Shown: positions 11,920-24,092, numbered from the whole stretch's first letter. The stretch: DNA of 57,927 nucleotides, filler included, from Sphacelaria rigidula (GCA_964200075.2; 5 parts of 5 records of this genome joined end to end with filler, not necessarily neighbours in it), one strand, 5' to 3'. Notes: a model not told the origin generated them from the sequence alone. A program made the numbers and translations.

Positions 11920-12090
11920 TGACATCGCATGGCATCACAAAACATCACATAACATCACGTTACAATACATCACATTGCATAACATCGCATAACATAACAC
12001 AACATAACAAACATAATATTACGTAACAGTACATAACACTACACGGCATTACATTGCATAACAGTACATCACATCACATACCATCACAGA
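11920..12090. repeat. Degenerate pentamer microsatellite (ACATC/ACATA)
   Basis: Seen directly, intronic. Confidence 0.8.
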
Positions 12091-12096
12091 ACATAC

Positions 12097-15000
12097 CTGG
12101 AGACGCAGTTTGCTTTCGGTAGCCTTGTGTGCCAGAAGGGCAGCTCGGGCAGACTCCTTCAGAGCCACCATCTCCCCCTCCAGCTCTGTCACCCTCTGGA
12201 ACAAGAAAAAAAAGCGGGGACACGAAAAGTGGAGAAAAACTATATATATACATGAATAATAAGTATAACTATAAAATGAGGGACAATCCCCGCACCGGTC
12301 TGTAGCGGACAAATTACCAAATATCGTTGGTATGGCGCGCGCGCAAGGTGGGGTGGGGGGGACTATAAGACCACTTGTTTTGGCAACCAATTTCGATTTG
12401 TACAAATATGAGGATTTCAGTCCGTCTACAGGTGATTTTCTCCCGCGGATTGCATATTCGGATCCCAGTCCGTTGGGCAAATGTTTTTCGGCTTCATGTG
12501 AGAAAACCAGATCAATTCTTCGATTTTCTGGACGTTGACTTTTGATGTATCGCCTTCTTGCTCAGATCGGGACACTCCCGCATCTCCCCCGTTTGTTGAA
12601 AAAGTGGGGGACGATACGGGAGTGCCCCGATCTGAGCAGAAGGGTGATGGTCAACGTCCAAAGAATCGGAGAATCGATCTGGTTTTCTCACATGTAGCCG
12701 AACAACAATGCCCAACGGACTGGGGTTCGAAAAATCAATGCACGGGAGAAAATCACCCGTAGACGGACTGAAATCCTCACCCTCACACTTGTACAAGTCG
12801 AGATTAGTTGCCACAAAAGATTACCTAAGTGGGCAGCGTGCAAAAACCACACCCTGGACAATAGATTCTATCGTAAAAAAATGTACTGCGTACAGTATGG
12901 AATATAGTGTCTATTGCAATAGGCGCAACAGTCTATACTGTACGCAGTACACTTTTTGACTGTGTATTCTGTTGTCCAGGGCATGGCAAAAACCACGAAG
13001 TGTTGAATTTGGATGATGACTATCTGTGGAGATCGCCATTTTAGCATGTGCGGAGAGATTTCCTTTCATGACGTGTAACCTAGTGAACGGCTGTTACAGG
13101 GGTAGTTCCTGGGAGCCCCGAAACTTCAATATCTGTGCAGCGGGATCTGGGACCCCAAGGTAACAGGGATATTTCCAGCGTACTGCCGGCTATCCCTGGG
13201 GATCACTTCGACGTCGTTTTCGGGCTAACTCGCTTGCGCTCGTCGAGCTATCCCGAGGGATCCACTTGCCTACACCCCACGACTCACGGACAATCCTTTA
13301 CTACATAACACGAGGAAAATCATCGGCCACCTTCGACGGTTCCTACCGTCACCGGGAGTTTCACGACCTATACATATCCCTGTGAAAGGCGGGGAAATTC
13401 GCACAAATTTGGAGACGTCGGACAGATCATGATCCGTTTCAGAAGTACTTCCTCTCAGTGTAGCATCATCATCCGGATCGTTCGCCCCCCCCTTTGCATG
13501 TTTGCTCCGTACAGCGCCCGACCCCGAGCACGCCGAGTAGCGCAAAGGTTGCGTGTTGGCTTCTCTGACCCCGCGGTCACATATATTGTGTTTTTAGACC
13601 AACGGATCTGAGAGCCTTCCACACCCTGGACAATAGATTACATCGTCAAAAAATGTACTGCATACAGTATGGGATATATCGTCTATTGCAATAAACAATA
13701 GATCCCATACTTTTAGGTAGTACATTTTTTGGCAATGTAATCGTTTGTCCAGGGTGTGGCGCCTTCTCTCATTAGAACAGTTATCTCAGACGGATCATGC
13801 ATGATCTGCCCTACATGTGCGAGTTTTCGTAGAGAAGTGATCAATATATCATATACAAATTGATGGGGACGGGGGGGAGCGGGCGAAGACAAAAATATGT
13901 TGCGGGAAAAAAATAACGTCGTACATGATATCCGATTTTTCTTCCGCTTGTGTTATCGCCGTTATTTAGCCTCAACCAGCCGAACGCGTGAGACGGACCA
14001 ATCCGCCCGAAAGCCAATGGATAGTTACACTTGAGTTGCTGTGCACTGCAGACCAGAAACGCACCAGAAAAGCATTCGTAACTCAAGATGAATGAATGAA
14101 TGCGCCAACACGATGTATACCTGGAGGTGAGCTTCCGCCTGAGCCTTCGATTCTTCTGTGGCCGCCTCCAGACGGATCAGCTTCAAACGCAGATTTTCCA
14201 CCTGTGTGAGATCGCAGCAACGAAGCCATGATGCCCCACGACAAGGTGGATTGGTTTGGTTGATTAGTGTCACGCGCTTGAGTAACTGACACGCCACGCA
14301 TCTATCATCTATTGGTTGTATCCGAGGCAAATAGCAGCGCTCGTGAAAGCAAACTGGAAAATTACTCAAAATAAACACATACATACGCTGACTATAACAA
14401 ACGCGACTGGACTTCACACACACCACTGGAGTATTACACAGCTCAAGTCTTACACACACAAGTGGAGTATGACACACACAGCTGGAATATAACATACACA
14501 GCTGGAGTGTAACACACGCAACTGGGGTATGATATACAGACACACAGACACACCTCTCCTTGCGCCTTGTGTGCTCTCTCCTCGGCCGAAACCGCCGCAG
14601 CCTCCGCTAACCTCCGACGGTTCTCGGCGTCCCGGCACGCATTTTCCGCGTTGGCCGCGCGGTCGGTCAGCGACGCCTCCGCTGCCCTCACGGCTTCCTG
14701 TCTCCGCCTCATCTCTTCTTGCAGTGACCGAACCTTTTTTGTTTGTGTTTTAATTGCATTCATCATCACATTATGTAGCGAAAAAGTAATACTCGCAACA
14801 GGAAAAAAACAGCAAACCACAAAATCGACTACAAACGAGCACTATTGATTATTTTATTTATTACCTCATGATACACAGTTGATATTAAATATCATATGGA
14901 ATACTATACAGAATATTATGTAGAGCTTACCAGAGATAAGGCAGCATTTTTTCTTCACTCATATACGTGTACATACAAATCGAACATATAGTTTTTCTCT

Positions 15001-16038
15001 CACTTCTTTGGGTTTTCTTTCTTCGTCATTATTTCTCTGCTTTTATTGTTCTACTTTTTTTCCCCCGCGTGTTTTCTTCCTAGTGTTCTTCATCTCACCT
15101 GGCGCAGGAGAGGCGCTGTAGACTCGTGAGCTTCCGCCTGAAGAGCTTCTGCACGAGCCACGGCATCCTTCCACCTGCCTCGATGAAAAACGAAAAGTAC
15201 GTAGGACGTACGTTTGTACCGCAACTAGATCAATATACCGTACAGTATTCCAGGGATGTATTCAACAATATAGGGTATACCCGAAAGTGGGGCATTCATG
15301 GTTGGCATACGAAAACCATACTAAAATTAATAGGGCTGTGAACTGGACCAGTTTGTACTGGCAGTTAAACTGGAACTGGTGATGAGGAGTCCGGTTTATC
15401 CAGTTTATTTGAAGCTTGCCGTTACCGGCTATGTTTATACCATTTTTAGTATGGTTCGTTTATAATGAAAATGCTTACATGATTACGAACAAAATGACAA
15501 TAATAGGATTGGGGTCTGCACCTGACAACAGTACACGTGCTCACAGTACAGTACAGTACTCGTGGTCACTACACCTTGAAGTGGTATTGCAGACATATGC
15601 CAGGTTTATCGTTTCATAGCACAACATACATCTGGAATAAAAAATAGACCACAAACGGTAATCCGCCACCACAAAATATAAAGTACAACATGGCTTGCAA
15701 TTCAACTGCATGCGTCCTTGTGGGTCCAGACGTCAATAATTTTACGCTCTTACTTCCGCGTGTTGCCCAGCCTTGGCTTGTTTGCATCGTCCTCTCCTCA
15801 CGGAGACGGATAGTCTGCAGCTGCATATTACAGATCAATGGATTTCGAATCGCTCACCGCTTCGAATGCGATTTGAAGGTCATCCGAGAGTGCCCCCCAA
15901 AGAAGTAATTCGAGACCGTATGCCCCTTTTTTGAATCCTGGAGTCTTTCGTATGTGTGTGTGTGTGTGTGTGTACTAGATCTGATACATAATTTAAAATA
16001 AAAATGAATAAAATAAAACGAAACAAAGAATAAAATAA

Positions 16039-16069
<31 letters not shown>

Positions 16070-18283
16070 TTGAAATTCGTGTTCATGGAGCTTTCATTTT
16101 TCGCAGACCTTCGGAGCCAAGTAAGGCCAAGTCATATTCATGGGTTTCGGCTATACATTGCACAATACACTTCCATGACAAGAACAACAATAGACAAATA
16201 CCACAATGCTCTGCAATGCTTGCTTTATCAAGCTAGACGCAACTATCTGCACCGTCAATTTGCGCCCAATGTACGTCGCATCTTGTGGTAACGGATAGGG
16301 CCAACAATCATGGGCACTACCTCACCCAAGTCGCCCCAAAATGACTATTTATTGAGCGTTTCTTAATGTGAAGAAAAACAAAATCCTGCGACCGCCGAAG
16401 GGGGGGGTACATAGGATCTCGGAGGGTTTTTTGTCGGGCATCCCTGTGTCATCCAAGACTTTAAGCTCCTCAATGTGAGGGGTCACATTTTCTACGAATT
16501 TCCACATTCTTGAAGGAAAAACGAGCCAAATACCGCAACTTTTCTCGCCTCCGGCGGCGCTCCCGCGGGGCCCTCTCATCAGCCGGGGGGGGGGGGGGCG
16601 TTGGCGGCTCGCGGCTTAGCCGATTAACTGGAAAACAATCGATGTACTGGCCGCTGGCGCTACCAGATTAAACTTATCTGGTCAGAGCAGCCAGTTTACA
16701 GCCCCAAAAATTAAGCTCTTGCTTTTTATGCGTTTTTTTTCCAAAAAAACTCATGCGTCTCGTTCAAAAGGGGGCATTTTTAAGCGGCAACCCCGCCGAG
16801 GCGTTACAATGACTCAATTTTCGTTTGGAAGACAGAAAAAACAAGTACCCATAATTTATGCGAATTACATGCGCGCATGAAGAGGAAAAGTCTAACCGAA
16901 ACGTATCTTGAACATTCCGATATGGTCCCACAGGGTGTCTATGGAGCCCTGTTCCCAACACTCCGGTACGGTTCGGAAGGGTATTATTATTCAACGGTCG
17001 GACGAAATAGTGATTCGTCGGGAAATGACTATAAAAGTGATTCAGTGTAAGTGATTCGTACAGTACGAATCAATCCTCAAGCTTTGTCTTCAGCGTTGCA
17101 ACCCGCGTACGCGCAGCAGCCAAGGCACGTGGAACGGCGCAAAGATTGTGTAGAGACCAGTTTGACCAGCCGACAACTCTTTTTTCTCTTTTTCGAGCAG
17201 TCAGGCCGAAAAATTCGTAGATTTGGTGATTCGAACTGGCGATGATTCATCTGAACCCTGGTATTATTTGCCTGTAAAGTACCTATTTTTATCCTTCTGT
17301 AAAGACCCACCCCCTAAAATAGGAATTTCAGACGGTATACCGGGTCGTGAGTTCAAATCTCGGACCGATACCTGGGATTCCGTCATAACATGCCCAACAT
17401 TGCAGCGCGACCATGTCGTGGATACACAAAATTCGACTGAACGGTCGACGAGGGAAAGGGACTGCATGCTGGACCCCTCTCGCGATAAAAAATAAAGGTG
17501 AGCACCACAGAAGGAAGGTGAATAACTACAACAACAACAAAAACTCCTGTGTTGGCCTTCCCTCTTCCTGTGTGACCCCGGCTGGTGCGTCCACATGTAC
17601 CGAAAGGTGAAGACCGGCGTCTATTTTCAAGCCCTGCAGACAGGTGCACTTTTGGTGTATTTTTTCCCCTTAATTTTAGGCTACATGACTTACGGGGCCA
17701 TCTTGTCTCACGCTCTGAGAAGCCAGCATTTCTTCTTTACTTGATTTCAGAGATCAAATTTTCTGCTTGCATTTCGCTGGGCATTCGGGTGCGTTCCGGT
17801 TCTACTTTCCGTGTTTGGAGTGTTCGGAGTGCATACACTCTACACGCTTTCCGCGCTGTGTGGAATAGGGGTGGGGGTTCCGTTTGCTACTACGCGATGG
17901 GTTCCGTTTGGCCGTCCGAGATGACACCTCTCAAACACAACGATATTTTTCAGGGCTCTTTACGTCACATGTCACAATTTTCATTACACGTCACAACTTG
18001 ACGTTACACGTCACAAAATTCTTCACACGGGGAGCCCTCTGTCAAGTCGAGTCAAATCAAATTAAGCGTCGGGCCTGGCTAGTACTACGGTGGGGGAACA
18101 CGTAGGCCCCCACCGTACAGGTCGTAGTATTAGCCTGGCTCAACTTGTGACGTGTAACGAACTTTGTGACGTTTAACGTAAAGAGCCCTGATATTTTTCG
18201 GGTCGTTTCTGAACTTGAAAGTTGAACTGCATCATGCCACCAATGCCCAGTGAGAGGTAAATCGGAACTGTCCGAAACGGCAG

Positions 18284-18316
<33 letters not shown>

Positions 18317-18861
18317 CGTCGTCTTCATATTAAAAACCGTTCCGATATCTGCGCGGTACATTCGTGCTGGGCATCTGATGCGGACGCCTTCCGTGGTCAC
18401 AGGCTAGCAAAATACGAAAAAACAAAATAGACCAAGATTATAACTAACAAAACGCGATACACGCAAAAACAGGGGAAAATAATGAAGAAGAAAGAGAATA
18501 CATATGGCTAACCTCAGAAGATCCGGTGCCGGAGGAGGCCATTCGGACTTCAGGGGGTGGCACCCGGCTTTCCAACTCAACGCGCGACGCCAAGTAGAAA
18601 TGAACACAGGGTCGGACTACGGGCGAGACTCAAGGCCCCAAATACCGCCACCCAAAGAACTAAGAATCGCAACGTTCCATCTTTCGGCCTCTTGAGGGAC
18701 AGCCATACGTACGTAGTGTGTGATCGAAAAGAGGGCAATAATGCCGTTGATGTCCCCGCTCGGGCCTGATCATGGCGGCAAAATGGTCAAATTCATTGCC
18801 GCTTCATGTGTTCTTGGTTGGCGGTCAATTCGTTTCTTGGTGGTCAAATTCGTCGCCACTA

Positions 18862-18893
<32 letters not shown>

Positions 18894-21800
18894 CGTATGT
18901 GTGTGTCCTCGGTATGCGGGGGCGGTCAATTCCTCAGCTTCACCTTTGATTGTGATGGGTTGTGTTGAGCCTTCGTACGTACCCCCATCATCCATGTTCC
19001 TCTTCGGGCTGAAAACGAAACAAGAAAATAAGTTTTTTTTTTTTGTGTAATGGGCATCGATTTTACATGAAAACTGAGCCGGCATCATGCTCATATGACA
19101 ATCAGAAGATAGGGGGGAAAACATTATCGCCGCTCTCCATCAACCGTTTGACGGCGAGAAAAGTAGGTCATTCGTTGAAGCGGCATCAGTTTCACTCAAT
19201 GAAAGTACCCATGATCTAGATTGACTACCGTGCTCAGCTGGTGAGAGCCGCTACGGCTTCTTCTCCAAACTATGACCTTTGCAAGGGCAGGTCGAGTAGG
19301 GTATACTCAATTGCGGGGTATTTTGAAAGACGTACTGGGGGTCCTCAAATGAGGGTAGAGTGTTGGGAGTCGTACCCAAAATATAACTGGAAAGCGATTC
19401 CTAAAACCCTACCCCCAATGTATGTACTCCAAGTACGACTTTCAAAATACCCCGCAATTGAGTATACTCTACTCGACCTGCCCTTGGACCTTTGCCATTA
19501 CGCAACGCACACAGCTATCACCGGTGCTCATGTATCTTGACTGTCATCCACTGATCGTGGTGGAGAAGCCACCGAAACTCGTGTACATACTTAGTGTCCA
19601 GGGTGTGTACAGCATTTAGAATTCGCAACGCTGCCGCGCCCCAGCGGTACGAATTGAAATGATCCGACTGTTGTCACCATTAGGGGGGAGGGAGAAGCGG
19701 GTTCGATTCCCGCGACACGCCTCGGATTTTTTAAGGGCACTTATTGTTACACGTCACAAAATTCGTTACACGTCACAAGTGAAGCGTCCGGCCAGGTCAG
19801 TACTACGGTGGGGGACCGCGTGGGGATCCCTGTTCGAAGTCAAGTAAAATCAAGACTCCCTACGTGGTTCCCCACCGTACTACCAGTCATGGCTGAACTT
19901 TTGACGTGTAACGAATTTTGTGACGTGTCACGAATTTTGTGACGTTCATAAACGAAAATGCCCTGGGTTTTTTCTTCCAAGTATCTGAGTTCCACCGTCG
20001 AAAGCGTGAGTACGTGAGTAAAACAAAAAAAGTACCTGACTAATACAATGAGTTTTGTCCGAAGGCAATGGTTGACGCGGTGCGGGAGTATAGTGCTGGT
20101 CATGATCCAATACGCGAGACCGAAAATGCAAGGAAGGCGTGTACCCGGAGGAGAGAGACATGGGTTGATGGTTCATCCCTTGAGACCACTGACTCGTCCC
20201 GAGGAAGAGGAGAGGTTTCGAGTGCGACAAACAAACAAAAACAAGAACAAAAAGTATCCCTGTACAAGGTACTGTATTGGGATCCTACGTAAATTATTAC
20301 ACATCTCCTGCGGGCGGGCGAATTGCTTTCTACAAGCACTTGTAGGCGCCATTTCAAGGCAAGGTCAATCTCTGAACGAAGTACGACCATGACCTATATT
20401 GGTTGTTAATTATGTCCTCAGTCGGTGGCTCTGCGGTGCCCACTGGTGTCTGTATCCACTCTGCTGCCCTGAACCCCTGGGGCTTTGTCTTTTTCCATTT
20501 TTTTTTTCTTTAGTTATTTCATTTTATTTTATTTCCTTCTTTAGACCGACCTTTTCTTCCTGTGCGTTGCTTTTCTTGACTTTTTTATTCTATATCTTTG
20601 TACGTCTCAGTCTACTACGTCGTCCCTAGTATATGTTATAACTGTCAATTCTTCGACTGCGAGGGTAGTCCATCTGGATCATGCATACTTCTTTCAATAA
20701 AAAATTGGTGCCAACTCGCCAGATGACCTCTCGACGTCTTAGGGTGAACACCGTCGGCCCAAGGACCAAAGCATACTGTGCCCCGATGGCCAATAAATAA
20801 CGTGTACACCTTAAAAAGAGCCGGTTGGGCCGGAAAGGTCGAGGGTTCGAATCCCAGGACATTTAATATGTTATCCAGTACACTTCTTGTCTATTTCATT
20901 CATCGACCATATATTGTCCAGGGTGCGATCCATATATATATATATATACATATAGTCTTCTAAAAGAGTACAGCATCTGAATTTCCATCTTTGAAAACAA
21001 TAGAAAACGAGAGCGTCGAAAGTAGCAACTTAAAATCGACAATAACATCGTCGAAGACCCAAGGACGTGTACACGTAGTCAGTAAACAAATGAAGACATA
21101 TCTGACGAAAAACTTCGTATGTGGTTTGGAAAGTGCTGATCCAATCCACGCCTTATATTTTCCTGATGCATGTGTTACACTCCAGTGGTGCATGTGTGTC
21201 ATACTCCAGTTTCTTGTTATTCTTTTCATCATATTGTGGTTGGTTCTGCAGGGTATATACCAAGGGTCGGACGAATGAATGATTCGTCTCGAAATTACTT
21301 GATCTTCGTGTGATTTTGTTCGGTACGGTACGGTACAGATCAATCCTTAGGCTTTGTTTTCAGCGTTACAACCCAGGTACGCGCAGCCCAGGCACGTGGA
21401 ATGGCACAATAAATGCGGGGAGACCTTTTTGACCAGTGGTCAACTTTTTTTTTTCTTCTCTCTTTCGAGCAACCAGGCCTGAAAAATCGTGTGGAGTTAT
21501 TTGGTGATTCGAACCGGCAATGATTTGTCCAAACCGTGGTATATACCCGGAAGTGCTGGGGGAATTCCTGGTTGGCCTACTACACCACTGTGTAATGTGT
21601 ACCGAACATTCCGGTATGGTTCTTTCTGCAGGGTATCGAGTCCTGTTCCGAACACTCTAGTATGGTTCGGAAATGTCATCTACCAACGACATAAGCTCCT
21701 TACTACTTCTAAAATGCCCTTCTTTTAGAGCGTCATACCCTACATACAGAACACAACCCTGCAATTCTCCATGATACGGAAGGTCAGGCACCTACAGTAA

Positions 21801-22659
21801 GTGAGTAAATAGTACACATATATACCATATTTATTTATTTTATTTTATTTCGCGTCTTGGTCGGCTATGTTATTCCGTTCCACCTTTTCTTGTTTCTTTT
21901 TTTTCTCCTTCAGCGTGTGCTCAAGTTTTGTCTTGCCTTGGGTACATATATCATGCGACCACGGCAGGATCCCTGGGGAGTAAGTCAAAGTACGACAATC
22001 AATCAATCGATCAATCAAAATCAATACCGGGAGGGGGGGGGGGGGGGGGCGTCCTAATTTGCGGCCTGCCTTATTCGTATGNNNNNNGAAAAAAAAAAGA
22101 AGAAAAGAAAAAAAAAAAAAAGAAAGAAGAAAAAACGGGGGGGGGGGGGGGGGGGGGGGGGGGGGAGGGGCGTACTCATTTGCGGCTTGCCTTAGTCGTA
22201 TGACCTTTGACTACGCATCATCCCTTTCGAGACGGAGCATACACACTGGGGAAGAGACAAAATGTTTTGATCGATCAATCGATCTACGGGTCATCCCAGG
22301 AAAATGTGGGGGGGCTACAGAAAAACGATAAACGAGAAGAAAAAAAGCGGGTGCTCGTGTAGCGTGGATTTGAAACGATAAAAACGACAATATATATATA
22401 TATATATATATTGAAAAATACGAAAATACTTCTTTTGTTTTCCTCGAACCCACAGTAGTTGCAATAGGCCTATACTTCACCCCAGTACATTTCTTGTCTC
22501 GTCTATTGCATACTACTGACCATATATTGTCCAGGATGTGAAACGTTGTTTTTTTCCGCATGTTTACCTTCTACGCACGTCCTCCTGCCTATCCCTCGCC
22601 TCGTCTTCTCTCCTGTCAGCCTCCCGTCTTACACGCTCCAGGGTTTCCTGCAGCTGGTC
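12097..22659 (-). CDS. TMF1: TATA element modulatory factor / golgin TMF1-like, internal exons 22568-22659, 15099-15174, 14554-14733, 14121-14201, 12097-12195 (partial both ends)
   Basis: GT-AG exons join in phase to DQLQETLERVRREADRREDEARDRQEDVRRRWKDAVARAEALQAEAHESTAPLLRQVRSLQEEMRRRQEAVRAAEASLTDR...; REDxxR, STxPLLRQ and xLxDR match the central coiled coil of TMF1/Sgm1/GC5. Confidence 0.85.
12374..12819. mobile_element. ~445-bp foldback element (long imperfect palindrome)
   Basis: Arms of ~210 bp pair around ~12597 (e.g. gaggatttcagtccgtctac / gtagacggactgaaatcctc); TSD not clear. Confidence 0.85.
12848..12985. mobile_element. hAT-type palindromic MITE, family A
   Basis: TIR cacaccctggacaa / ttgtccagggcatg; exact 8-bp TSD GCAAAAAC. 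Confidence 0.9.
13620..13758. mobile_element. hAT-type palindromic MITE, family A second copy
   Basis: Same TIR; TSD GAGCCTTC / GCGCCTTC. Confidence 0.85.
14400..14535. repeat. ~22-bp minisatellite (acacacagctggagtat-like)
   Basis: About six degenerate units just inside a TMF1 intron. Confidence 0.75.
15331..16706. mobile_element. 1.38-kb non-autonomous hAT element
   Basis: TIRs tagggctgtgaactgg / ccagtttacagcccca; exact 8-bp TSD AAAATTAA; subterminal aactgg repeats. Confidence 0.85.
16992..17260 (+). mobile_element. hAT MITE family B, copy 1
   Basis: Homologous to 21261-21538; flanks (G/T)TATTATT. Confidence 0.8.
17335..17620 (+). mobile_element. tRNA-derived SINE-like repeat
   Basis: B-box GAGTTCAAATCTC (~17349); 3' part matches 34818-35015, which ends in (CA)n. 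Confidence 0.6.
17951..18190. mobile_element. hAT MITE carrying 5S rRNA fragments, copy 1
   Basis: Perfect 15-bp TIR cagggctctttacgt; exact 8-bp TSD ATATTTTT; internal ttaagcgtcgggcctggctagtactacggtggggg. Confidence 0.9.
18284..18407 (+). mobile_element. Short (GTT)n-bearing repeat with Helitron-like 3' end
   Basis: Hairpin gcggacgccttccgt then ggtcacaggCTAG; inverted copy at 35593-35742. Confidence 0.6.
19282..19486. mobile_element. hAT MITE with ~55-bp TIRs
   Basis: caagggcaggtcgagtag / ctactcgacctgcccttg; exact 8-bp TSD GACCTTTG; nested in an older repeat whose uninterrupted homolog is at ~33900-34010. Confidence 0.9.
19733..19965. mobile_element. hAT MITE carrying 5S rRNA fragments, copy 2
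   Basis: Ends aagggcac / atgccctg; TSD GATTTTTT / GGTTTTTT; 5S-like arms at 19781-19832 and inverted 19855-19893. Confidence 0.85.
21261..21538 (+). mobile_element. hAT MITE family B, copy 2
   Basis: Exact 8-bp TSD GTATATAC; partial third copy inverted at ~51350-51538. Confidence 0.85.
21955..22026 (+). repeat. Retroposon-like 3' end with (AATC)n tail
   Basis: gaccacg..ggatccctgggg...cgacaatc(aatc)n, second copy at 41080-41146. Confidence 0.6.
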
Positions 22660-22757
22660 CTGGGACGCGGGGGACACAGGAAACGAGCAACGACGGAGTC
22701 AAACCAACAAACAAGGACACGAGTGATTCCACGATAACCTCCCGCCCCAAACCAGCA

Positions 22758-23024
22758 GTGCTCCGTCTCGGAAGAGGTGCGTAATCAATGGTCAAACGAC
22801 CAAGACAAGGAACGAATGAGTACGCCCCCACTCCCCCCCGAGAGCAACTAGCCTGGTCCGGCGAAGCCCCGACGTGCTCCGTCCCGGCTTCGTGGGGATG
22901 CGAGGTCAACGGTCTTATGACTATGGCATGCAAGATCATGAGTACCCCCCCCTTCCTCCCCCCTGCTCCGTCTCACAGGGATGCGCGGTCAGTGGTTGAA
23001 CGACTGAGGCAAGCAACAAATAAG

Positions 23025-23050
<26 letters not shown>
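22758..23050. repeat. Three tandem copies of the structured ~70-nt C-run-associated repeat
   Basis: (g)tgctccgtc...gagtac units at 22758-22823, 22874-22945, 22964-23025, each followed by a C-rich run. Confidence 0.9.
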
Positions 23051-23055
<5 letters not shown>

Positions 23056-23112
23056 ACGGGTTTTTTACCCCCCGTCTCCAGGCCGTGACACCACAAACAA
23101 AGTAAACACCCC

Positions 23113-23212
23113 NNNNNNNNNNNNNNNNNNNNNNNNNNNNNNNNNNNNNNNNNNNNTTAATTAATTAANNNNNNNNNNNNNNNNNNNNNNNNNNNNNNNN
23201 NNNNNNNNNNNN
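23113..23212. other. Artificial contig linker
   Basis: Same 100-bp spacer. Confidence 0.99.
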
Positions 23213-23559
23213 ACGGAGCACCGTTCCTACTCCTAATAGAGACACCTTCAACATTCTGGCGCTCATTACTTTTCTTGTGTGTGGGGGGGAGTGTTCTGAG
23301 ACGTATCGGATTTCCTCCGTCTAAAGGGCAAGGGCGTGAGTAGTAGGAAACTTTTTTTTGACGGGAGTCGACGGAATGTGGGAGTGTCGGTCATCATTCA
23401 ATTCCCAATACCAAAATGGAAGACGTATACCGAGGGAGAGATGGGCTGATCAATTGAGGCGATGGACGCGTCCCTAGAAAGAGCAAGAGTTTCAAATTTT
23501 GACAAAAGAAAAAGAAACGCAAGGGGGCAGCCCCGCTTCCCACCCGTCCACCTGCTGAG

Positions 23560-24092
23560 TGCAGTTGATTGTATTCGCGAAGACCTTGGCATCAGCATAC
23601 TTACTCGAACCCTCCCGCCCCCTCATCTACCTTCCAGAGCCATTTTCCCACCTTTTTCAGTAGAAGTGAAGCACTCCTGTGATTCTCAATCTTGATATCG
23701 TGAAAGAATTACTCCCTTCATTCGTCACTCCTTTGTTCATAGAAGTCCCTCAACAGGGCGTGCGGAGTCACCTCAAGCCTGATTCCCTTGGATATTCAAA
23801 GGCCAGCCGTACAGCCCCTTTGGGCCATTGTGCAGTCAGCTGTCCGGACATGATGCGTGCAGGGAGATGCGTGTCCTCCTTTTGGGTGAGAGCCTTCCCA
23901 AACCAGCGTTGATCGTTGCGGATGGCCGTCTTGATATCTTAGAATTTTCTCATCTGGGTTATAGCTCCATAGGGGAGGCTCTTGTGCACAACACTATCCT
24001 TCCTGTGGCAGCCAGCCGCTCGCAGCAAGGGAAGCTTGCTGTGTGCGGTACTCAGGCTCTACAAGTACTCAAGGCGTAGATTCCACGCGGTG
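23560..24092 (-). mobile_element. Degenerate RTE-clade LINE, C-terminal fragment
   Basis: Minus-strand translation AWNLR..LSTAHSK.LLR..G..RKD..SLPY...IKTAIR..RWFGKAL..EDTHLPARIMSGQL resembles the post-RT region of RTE LINEs; contains stops. Confidence 0.7.

Noticed and set aside
18062-18106. Functional 5S rRNA gene
   Set aside because: Only ~45-50 nt of the 3' half, inside a MITE.
20779-20860. tRNA gene
   Set aside because: A- and B-box-like motifs but no cloverleaf; likely SINE head or relic (same for ~17349 and ~19699).
22758-22823. Known ribozyme (HDV-like or hammerhead)
   Set aside because: CGAAT-GAGTAC recalls the HDV J4/2-P2 end, but no convincing P1, L3 or P1.1; hammerhead CUGANGA core absent.
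22758-23050. CRISPR-like array
   Set aside because: Units are divergent dispersed repeats with C runs, no regular spacers, no cas genes, eukaryotic context.
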